This document shows positions 24,956 to 32,000 of a DNA stretch of 32,000 nt, in pieces; the stretch's first letter is position 1, and each line of letters begins with the position of its first letter. Source of the DNA: Candidatus Brocadia sp. (GTDB lineage: Bacteria; Planctomycetota; Brocadiia; Brocadiales; Brocadiaceae); assembly GCA_021650915.1 (NCBI GenBank), contig CP091279.1, positions 2,850,001-2,882,000 of the forward strand, written 5' to 3'. Position numbers and translations under genes: made by a program. Below the pieces are notes generated by a model. It searched no databases, had not been told where the DNA came from, and saw only the letters and a program-made list of their open reading frames with translations.

Positions 24956-26506
24956 TTATTTCTTTTTTGCCGGTTTTACCAATGCATATACCCATCGGCC
25001 AAGCTTCTCTGAGTAGATCTTCTCCCGCGTCGCATCATTGCTCATTGCCTGCTCAAGCATTGACAGCTGCTCTCTTTCTATCTCCCTCTGTTCCTCGATT
25101 ACTTCTCCGCTAATTGAGACAATGCCCTCCTCCACGGGATAGCAAGGCGAACCGTGAACATGTACGTCGACGCCTTCATATTCAACAAGATCGGATACCC
25201 GGATACCCATATGGTATTTTATGATATAAAACACACCGCAACCCCATGCAAACGCCCAGGCTAAAGCAACAACCGTCCCGATAAACTGAGCCAATAATTG
25301 CCATCCGGAACCGGTTATCAGCCCGCTTACCCCACCATAGGTGCCGTCTGCAAAGAAGCCTACGGCAAGCATCCCCCATATTCCGTTTGCCGCGTGCACG
25401 GCTACAGCACCAAGCGGATCATCAACCTTCATCTTCACTTCTACCAGCCATAGGGCGCCCCGCATAACGAAGGCAGCAATCACCCCAATAACCACTGCCG
25501 CCCACGGCGCAACATAAGCGCAAGGAGCCGTAATTGCAACCAACCCGGCCAGCGCGCCGTTACAAATATAAGGGACATCAATATAACCTGTCATAGCCCA
25601 TGTTAAAAACAACATCATCGTGGCTCCGGCAGCAGCGGCAATAAAGGTATTTGCCGCAATCACGGAAATGCGCAAATCGGTCGCCGCAAGGGTGCTGCCG
25701 GCATTAAAGCCGAACCATCCAAATGCAAGGATAAGCGTACCGATGACAACATAGGCCAGATTATGACCTGGAATGGCATTGGGAGAGCCATCAGGATTAT
25801 ATTTCCCTTTCCTCGGCCCAAGCACCCACGCCCCAACAAACGCCATAATGCCTCCTATCATATGCACGCAAGCGCAACCGGCAAAGTCCTTTACCCCGGA
25901 GCCAAAGGGGAGTGTGCTCAACCAACCGCCACCCCATACCCAATGCCCGTATATCGGATAAATCAGGCCACACATCAGGAAGCTGTAAATAAGATATGCT
26001 CCAAACTTCAACCGTTCTGCTACCGCACCCGCAATAATGGAAACGGCCTTCGTGGCAAATACCATCTGGAAGAGCCAAAACATAATCGTCTGCACATCGT
26101 ATGAGCCAGCCAAAAGCATGAACCCATCAGACCCAATCCAGGCATTGCCGTTTTCAAGTCCTGGCGCTAATTTTGAGCCGCCATACATAAAGGCAAACCC
26201 AAAAAAGTAAAAAACCATGGCGCCAAACGTCGAATCTATAAAGCAATGTGCCATATAACTCAACATATTCTTTTGCCTGAGGAATCCACCTAAAAAAGCA
26301 AACCCTGCCTGCATGCTAAATACCAAAAAGACTCCCAGCAATGTCCAGATAAAATTCACCGAAAATTTGAGTCCTGCAATGCTGTCTGAATACGTTTGAG
26401 AACCGTTGGGGTCTGCTGCCCAGACAATTCCAGATCCTAAAACAACCATCCCTACTGCCAACAACAACCACACATTTGTCTTCATTTTATTGGTAACGAA
26501 TTTCAT
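24956..26506 (-). CDS. amt: Ammonium transporter (Amt family) with a ~59-aa charged C-terminal extension
   Basis: ORF track, 516 aa. A strong purine-rich SD (GAGAGGAGAGGGG) precedes the ATG. Motifs DFAGCACVHMIGG, DDPLGAVAVHAANG and EYEGVDVHVHG. The tail reads VEEGIVSISGEVIEEQREIEREQLSMLEQAM...KPAKKK. Confidence 0.9.
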   Translation of the reverse strand: MKFVTNKMKTNVWLLLAVGMVVLGSGIVWAADPNGSQTYSDSIAGLKFSVNFIWTLLGVFLVFSMQAGFAFLGGFLRQKNMLSYMAHCFIDSTFGAMVFYFFGFAFMYGGSKLAPGLENGNAWIGSDGFMLLAGSYDVQTIMFWLFQMVFATKAVSIIAGAVAERLKFGAYLIYSFLMCGLIYPIYGHWVWGGGWLSTLPFGSGVKDFAGCACVHMIGGIMAFVGAWVLGPRKGKYNPDGSPNAIPGHNLAYVVIGTLILAFGWFGFNAGSTLAATDLRISVIAANTFIAAAAGATMMLFLTWAMTGYIDVPYICNGALAGLVAITAPCAYVAPWAAVVIGVIAAFVMRGALWLVEVKMKVDDPLGAVAVHAANGIWGMLAVGFFADGTYGGVSGLITGSGWQLLAQFIGTVVALAWAFAWGCGVFYIIKYHMGIRVSDLVEYEGVDVHVHGSPCYPVEEGIVSISGEVIEEQREIEREQLSMLEQAMSNDATREKIYSEKLGRWVYALVKPAKKK

Positions 26507-27141
26507 AAATTTAGCCCCTCTCCTCTCAAAATACTACATTTTATCCAAATCAATTACAACAATATTAAATTTTTTTTCTTCTTTTGTCACCCACCTCCTT
26601 CTGGCCGATTTTCTTAAAAAATAATCTTGAATGTAAAATTACAGACGCTATCTGATAAAATCTTTAACTAAACTAATCTAGTAGGGGCAATTACTATTCC
26701 AATAATAAGTTAGGATCTTTTCATCAACCCCTTAAGGTGTATCTTATGATTATGTATTTCATTTACATTCAATGAGATATAACTTATTTACAATCAACAC
26801 AATCCCTTCCTGCTAGCAACAATTTAAAAATATTGGCATTAACATACCCCTCCATTCTCAACCCATTATTTTTCCATAATATGCTACAACAAATTAAGTT
26901 ATGATGTTTACTCATAACCATCTGTTGAGCGGCGTATTTCAGCCATACATGACAACCTCAATCCTCTGTTTGCATATGAATTAAATAGGTCTCATTTTTT
27001 AAAAATTTTCGTTCACAAATAGTCTGATTTCTGGTACAAGTTATAAATCGTCGGTGTTGGGGAAAAGCCTTGGTAGCAATTAGCTCAGTTTTGGGCTTAT
27101 CTGAGCAGCTTCAACACCGGCGCTCTTTTTTTATTATTGTT

Positions 27142-28155
27142 ATGAATCAAACTGAAACTGATAAGACAGATCAACAGACCATAGAAAAAATAGTAAACAG
27201 CCGTCTCAAGATAAAAAAAGAAATTGCCAAGATCATCATTGGGCAGGAAGAAGTGATCGACTATCTCCTTGTTGCCCTCTTTTGTAAAGGACATTGTCTT
27301 TTTGTAGGAGTGCCTGGGCTGGCCAAGACGCTGTTAGTCAGCACCCTTGCGGATATCCTGAATCTGAAGTTTAATCGCATCCAGTTCACTCCGGATCTAA
27401 TGCCGGCAGACATTACCGGAACGGATATTTTAGAACAAGACCATGCAACGGGAAAACGATTCTTCAAGTTTATCAAAGGCCCGATCTTTTCCAATATCCT
27501 CCTTGCCGATGAAATTAACCGCACACCGCCAAAAACACAAGCAGCATTGCTTCAATCAATGCAAGAGTATAAAGTCACCGCAAGCGGAACCACCTATCTC
27601 CTTGACCTTCCTTTTATTGTCTTCGCTACGCAAAATCCCATTGAGCAGGAGGGGACATACCCATTGCCAGAGGCACAGCTTGATCGTTTCATGTTTCAAA
27701 TAGATGTCCGGTATCCTTCTGCAGAAGAAGAGCTTGAAATTGTACGAACCACAACATCCGCTTTTAAACCAACGGTGGAGAAGGTATTCAATCCCACAGA
27801 GATCATGGACCTTCAGGATTTGGTTACCCGGGTGCCTGTCGCCGATTATGTACTTGAATATGCGATCAGATTGGTCCGTGCGTCGAGACCGACAGATCCT
27901 AGTGCACCCGACTTTATAAAACGGTGGATCAACTGGGGGGCAGGACCGAGGGCATCCCAATTCCTTATTCTCGGAAGCAAGGCGCGTGCGCTTCTTGACG
28001 GGAGATTCGCAGCGACCTGTAACGATGTGCGCACAATTGCAAGACCAATCCTGCAGCACCGTATTATCACCAATTTCAATGCTGAGGCCGAAGGAAAGAC
28101 ATCCCTGCATGTTATCGGGCAATTACTTGACACTATTAATGAACACCCAAAATAA
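27142..28155 (+). CDS. moxR: MoxR-family AAA+ ATPase
   Basis: ORF track 27070..28155; the family-like N-terminus starts at the ATG at 27142 (MNQTETD...). Walker A GVPGLAKT, Walker B LLADEINR and sensor region FATQNPIEQEGTYPLPEAQLDRF. Confidence 0.88.
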   Translation: MNQTETDKTDQQTIEKIVNSRLKIKKEIAKIIIGQEEVIDYLLVALFCKGHCLFVGVPGLAKTLLVSTLADILNLKFNRIQFTPDLMPADITGTDILEQDHATGKRFFKFIKGPIFSNILLADEINRTPPKTQAALLQSMQEYKVTASGTTYLLDLPFIVFATQNPIEQEGTYPLPEAQLDRFMFQIDVRYPSAEEELEIVRTTTSAFKPTVEKVFNPTEIMDLQDLVTRVPVADYVLEYAIRLVRASRPTDPSAPDFIKRWINWGAGPRASQFLILGSKARALLDGRFAATCNDVRTIARPILQHRIITNFNAEAEGKTSLHVIGQLLDTINEHPK

Positions 28156-28178
28156 AACCACGTAACCAGATTCGTTGC

Positions 28179-29084
28179 ATGGCAGAGAACCCTTTCGACC
28201 CCGTAACGCTGTCCAAAATCGCCAACATGGAATTACGCGCAAGACTTATTGTCGACGGCGTTTTGTCCGGTATTCATAAAAGCCCGTACACGGGTTCCAG
28301 CATCGAATTCCTGGAGCATAAAGAATATTCTCCCGGCAATGAGATAAAACACGTCGATTGGAAGGTGCTGGCGAAGACCGACAAGTATTATGTCAAGCAA
28401 TTTGAAGAAGAAACCAATCTCAGGTGCTATCTCTTCCTTGATGCCAGCGGATCGATGGGGTATCAGTCAAAGGGCATCAGTAAGTTTGAATATGCCGCTA
28501 CTCTGGCAGCATCGTTGTCCTATTTGTTCTTAAAACAATCTGACCTTGTCGGGCTGATCTGTTTCAGCGACAGGGTGCTGCATTACGTGCCACCCCGATC
28601 CCGCGTTACTCACCTTCATACCCTACTCAATGTCCTGACAGAATTAAAAACTGCTGGAAAATCAAATATCAGCGCGGTATTGAATCCTTTTATCGAAAAG
28701 ATTAGCCATCGATCCTTAATTATTGTCCTTTCCGATTTTTTTGATCATACGGAAAAAATACTCCATCAGTTACAACATTTCCGATTTAAGAGAAACGAGG
28801 TTATTTTATTTCATATCCTTGATCCCTATGAACTGACGTTTCCATTCGAGACGGTAACTTTTTTCGAGTCAATGGAAGATGAAAGACATATCCTGGCTGA
28901 CCCGAAATCCATCAAGGAGCACTATCTCTCTGGAATGAATTACTTTCTTGGACAATTCAAGCAGTCCTGCCTTGAAAATCAAATAGATTACTGGCTTATT
29001 GATTCGTCGACGCCGCTGGATCAGGCATTAATCAAGTTTCTTGCCAGAAGAGAAAGTTCTCTGCGGCCAGCCCGCAAGACTTGA
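28179..29084 (+). CDS. DUF58 domain protein (vWA-like; MoxR partner)
   Basis: ORF track, 301 aa. GSSIEFLEHKEYSPGNEIKHVDWK and MIDAS-like LDASGSM are typical of DUF58. It begins 23 nt after moxR. Confidence 0.82.
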   Translation: MAENPFDPVTLSKIANMELRARLIVDGVLSGIHKSPYTGSSIEFLEHKEYSPGNEIKHVDWKVLAKTDKYYVKQFEEETNLRCYLFLDASGSMGYQSKGISKFEYAATLAASLSYLFLKQSDLVGLICFSDRVLHYVPPRSRVTHLHTLLNVLTELKTAGKSNISAVLNPFIEKISHRSLIIVLSDFFDHTEKILHQLQHFRFKRNEVILFHILDPYELTFPFETVTFFESMEDERHILADPKSIKEHYLSGMNYFLGQFKQSCLENQIDYWLIDSSTPLDQALIKFLARRESSLRPARKT

Positions 29085-29314
29085 GAGCAACCATTTATTT
29101 ACCCTTGCTACTCCTACAACAAGACCTTTGCTGCTTTCAAAGTCGTTCTTGAGATCGCAAAGGAAGAACGTTAACATGAAACATGAAAGTTCAAACAAAT
29201 TGCATTGCCACCCGATGGGGCATCATCCCTGCCTCTGTTTTAAAGGACAAGAGGCACATTTCCCCGGGTATTCTTATCCTTCGCTTTTGATTTTTTGTCT
29301 CCGGTACATGAACT

Positions 29315-31447
29315 ATGGTATCTTTTCTTAACCCTATTTTCTTGCTGGGCATCCTTGGCGCAAGCATTCCCATTATCATCCATCTCATAAACAAAAAAAA
29401 AGCCGTATCCTATAAGTTTGCAGCTATTGACTTTTTATTAGAAACAAACAAACGGATTTCAATAAAATTTAAAATCCGTCAACTGATCCTTCTCATCCTG
29501 AGGGCCTGCCTGCTCATGTTTCTTGCCTTGTCCCTCGCCAAGCCTTTTATAACAAATTCTGGCGGAGGCGCTGAAGAAAAAAACATTCCCACAAGTAGCG
29601 TCATCATCATCGATGATTCGTTCAGCATGCAGTACTCGGATCGGCAAGAGTCTTTCTTTTCATCTGCCAAAATGGCCGCAAAACGGATTATTGATGCCTT
29701 AAAAAAAGAGGACGAAGCTGCGGTAATTACCTGCTCCAGCCCGACATTCCTGGTTCTTCCTGAGCTCGAAGATGACAAAAAACATCTTTTAAACTTCGTA
29801 GACCAGACGCAACCCGGTTTCACGCCAACCCACATTGCGCCTGCACTCGACGCCGCAGTGGAAATTTTATCAACTGCCAGGACCGCCGTTAAACGGATAT
29901 TTCTGCTTACTGATATGACGCGAAGCGGTTGGGACCCTCAGTGGTTCAAGAGCGGGCATGAAAAATTACGGAGGACTGTGTCCAGAGTTCATATCCTTGA
30001 TGTATCGGAGGCGAAGCCACTCAAAAACATCGCTCTCACCGATGTCGAACCACAACTTACCCCCATGGAAAAAAATACGGAGGTCCATATCAAGGTTACC
30101 ATTGCCAATTTTTCTCCGGCGCCAGTAAAGGATCTTCCGGTACACGTGTTTCTTAACGGGAAAAAATCAACGCAGGGTTTTTTCCATATTGAAACCAATA
30201 CATCGGAAACAAAGGAATTTTTCCTTACTGCGGAAAAAGGGAAAGATCATTACGGTTGGGTTGAAATTCCGGGAGACAACTTATCGGTTGACAACAAACG
30301 ATATTTCACGATCAATGCATCACAGACCATTAACGTCCTTCTGATTGACGGCGACCCCAAGACGAATATTTATGAAAGTGAAACCTTTTATCTGGAGAAG
30401 GCATTAAACCCTGGGCGCGAACACCTGTCTTCCATAAATTCTTCCCTCTGCTCCATTCATGAAATCAACACCATAACCTTTGCCGATTTCAATATTGTCT
30501 TTTTATGTAATGTGGAAACGTTACCGCAAGAAAAAATTCAAGAGCTTGAAAAGTTTGTGCAAGAGGGAGGAGCGGTTATCTTTACCCTTGGTAACAAGAT
30601 TGACCCCGAGTACTACAATAATGCATTGGGCGCCCTCCTCCCGCATCGCCTCCACACGACAAGAACTTTTTCCAGCGCTAGCCCTCTATCCGGGGAACAA
30701 CCGCTTCATTTAAAGGTCACTGAATCCGTACACCCCGTTCTCCGTATCCTTTCAGAAGCACAGATAAATATGTTGTCATTGGCAAAGTTTTACCGGGTGT
30801 TTTATGTTGATCCAACTCCCCTGGGAAATTGCAAGACCATCTGCTCCTTCTCTAATGATACCCCGGCGCTTATTGAACGACAAGTCGGACGGGGAAAGTC
30901 CGTGCTCTTTACCGCATCCATCGATAGAGACTGGACGGATTTTCCCGTAAAATCTTTTTTTCTTCCAGTTATGCAACAATTGTGCAGATATGTAACCGGA
31001 AGTATGTCAGAAGAAATACCGAAGGAGATTCTGGTGAAACATGCCTGGCAATATCCCTGCCCTTACGATATGAACGTCATAGAAATAACCAATCCAGAGG
31101 GCACGAAAACCATCATACCACCACAATTCGTTGATAATGAAAAATATTTTGTATACAAAGAAACACAGGCACCGGGGATATATGCGGTTACCGTCAACGA
31201 AACGTTGCATCCACAATTTCCCGCATACTTCCCTGTGAATGTAGACGCTACGGAATCAAACCTGGCTAAAATAGACCAAAATGAAATTAGGGCATGTATG
31301 GGTGGCACACAACTTAGCATAACAACCTCTCGCCTGGAAAAAGAATCTCATGTGCTTTTGGGAGAAGCAACGAAGACTCTTTGGGGACAGCTCCTGCTTC
31401 TTACCTTTTGTATCCTCTTTATCGAATCTTTTATTTCAAGAAAATAA
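29315..31447 (+). CDS. BatA-N-terminal-domain / von Willebrand factor A membrane protein (aerotolerance-operon-like)
   Basis: ORF track, 710 aa. N-terminus FLNPIFLLGILGASIPIIIHLINKKK matches the BatA N-terminal motif. MIDAS IIIDDSFSM. A C-terminal hydrophobic anchor is present. Confidence 0.78.
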   Translation: MVSFLNPIFLLGILGASIPIIIHLINKKKAVSYKFAAIDFLLETNKRISIKFKIRQLILLILRACLLMFLALSLAKPFITNSGGGAEEKNIPTSSVIIIDDSFSMQYSDRQESFFSSAKMAAKRIIDALKKEDEAAVITCSSPTFLVLPELEDDKKHLLNFVDQTQPGFTPTHIAPALDAAVEILSTARTAVKRIFLLTDMTRSGWDPQWFKSGHEKLRRTVSRVHILDVSEAKPLKNIALTDVEPQLTPMEKNTEVHIKVTIANFSPAPVKDLPVHVFLNGKKSTQGFFHIETNTSETKEFFLTAEKGKDHYGWVEIPGDNLSVDNKRYFTINASQTINVLLIDGDPKTNIYESETFYLEKALNPGREHLSSINSSLCSIHEINTITFADFNIVFLCNVETLPQEKIQELEKFVQEGGAVIFTLGNKIDPEYYNNALGALLPHRLHTTRTFSSASPLSGEQPLHLKVTESVHPVLRILSEAQINMLSLAKFYRVFYVDPTPLGNCKTICSFSNDTPALIERQVGRGKSVLFTASIDRDWTDFPVKSFFLPVMQQLCRYVTGSMSEEIPKEILVKHAWQYPCPYDMNVIEITNPEGTKTIIPPQFVDNEKYFVYKETQAPGIYAVTVNETLHPQFPAYFPVNVDATESNLAKIDQNEIRACMGGTQLSITTSRLEKESHVLLGEATKTLWGQLLLLTFCILFIESFISRK

Positions 31448-31724
31448 CAATGTATAGTTTTTCACCGCTGCCGTTCAAAATCTATACACCATACGTACAA
31501 ATTATCAACGCACATGGCCTCACTTACAACAAAAGCCTCGTCTTAGATCTATCATAATTATTATCTTAGTAAAAAAACACCGACAAGCCCCGCACAAAGC
31601 AGCCTACTTTCACAGTCATATATTGCATCTTTTATATAACAAAACCATATATATGGTATTATCTAATAAAAACTGTGGCGTCATTTAAGATTATTTTTTT
31701 CGGACAAACAATATATTTTACGAC

Positions 31725-31740
31725 TGGCACATTTCGTGCT
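31725..31740 (+). promoter_or_regulatory. Sigma-54-like -24/-12 promoter motif
   Basis: TGGCACatttcGTGCTt compared with consensus TGGCAC-N5-TTGCW. The GG and GC dinucleotides have the correct spacing, with one mismatch in the -12 box. No long ORF follows within the remaining 260 nt. Confidence 0.4.
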
Positions 31741-31825
31741 TAATATCTCTAACGGTAAGTCGGTATTAAAGCACTGATAAACCAAAACAGAAATGCCGAA
31801 TTACCTCTCCTCCTATCCCTCCTTC

Positions 31826-31862
31826 TTGCTGGGATGTCTTCAAAATGATGACATCCCAGCAA
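31826..31862. repeat. Long perfect hairpin (13-bp stem)
   Basis: TTGCTGGGATGTC-(11 nt)-GACATCCCAGCAA, preceded by a polypyrimidine tract (CCTCTCCTCCTATCCCTCCTTC). No flanking T-run on either strand. Confidence 0.6.
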
Positions 31863-32000
31863 AAGGTAGCCCAAAAACAGCAATACAAGGCCATAGCAAA
31901 CACATAATCAAAGGGATATTCCCAAGGCATGTGCAATCCGGCTGAATTCATCACTGGAATGAAATGAAATCAAAATCTTCCCCTTGCCATTCCTTTCTTT

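Noticed and set aside
23754-25961. Two similar plus-strand ORFs (23754..23942 and 25773..25961; M[T/A]LG[L/E]PSGLYFP...)
   Set aside because: Their similarity only mirrors the homology of the two amt paralogs they are antisense to. They are not independent genes.
26681-26694. GTA-N8-TAC (NtcA-box-like) upstream of the 516-aa amt
   Set aside because: NtcA is a cyanobacterial regulator. No properly spaced -10 box follows, and the GTAGGGGCA part looks like a fragment of the local hairpin-repeat family.
26834-26848. TGGCAT-N5 motif considered as a sigma-54 promoter for moxR
   Set aside because: The -12 position reads AC instead of GC at the required spacing, so it is not a credible match.
27556-28122. 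188-aa minus-strand ORF
   Set aside because: It is antisense to moxR, whose Walker motifs fix the true frame.
31766-31954. 62-aa minus-strand ORF with a hydrophobic stretch
   Set aside because: It has no SD. It spans the 13-bp hairpin and the purine-rich complement of the polypyrimidine tract. The evidence is insufficient to call a gene.

Overview
Gene-dense chromosomal segment with about 27 protein genes, one retroelement and many palindromic intergenic repeats. I found no rRNA, tRNA or CRISPR array. Taxonomy (inference only, needs a database search): three Amt ammonium channels with two PII proteins, an embedded c-type cytochrome, a MoxR/DUF58/BatA-vWA operon and the repeat families suggest an anammox-type Planctomycetota genome (Ca. 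Brocadiales, Kuenenia-like). Left to right: (-) partial HgdC-like activase, aconitase-family LeuC/HacA-like large subunit, acidic zinc-ribbon protein, HtpX protease, threonine synthase. Then (+) a hypothetical gene, an internally deleted GxxExxY gene flanked by inverted repeats, a GlmL/MutL-like ASKHA protein, a frameshifted DUF433/DUF5615 toxin-antitoxin pair and a 375-aa partner protein. Then a repeat-rich gap, (-) CstA and DedA, and (+) a small ORF, urocanate hydratase and pterin-4a-carbinolamine dehydratase. A group II intron (RT/maturase ORF) sits between convergent genes. Then (-) PgeF/YfiH and the array glnK-amt-cytochrome c-amt-glnK-amt (listed in plus-strand coordinate order), and (+) MoxR, DUF58 and a BatA/vWA protein. 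The window ends in non-coding DNA with a sigma-54-like promoter motif and a long hairpin. Most worth a second look: the dihaem cytochrome c inside the triplicated amt/glnK array and its leader regions; the GlmL-like/375-aa module with no mutase nearby, split by a decaying TA cassette; and the several families of structured repeats and mini-elements. Nothing here is a clearly novel system on sequence alone, and all functional links are hypotheses.
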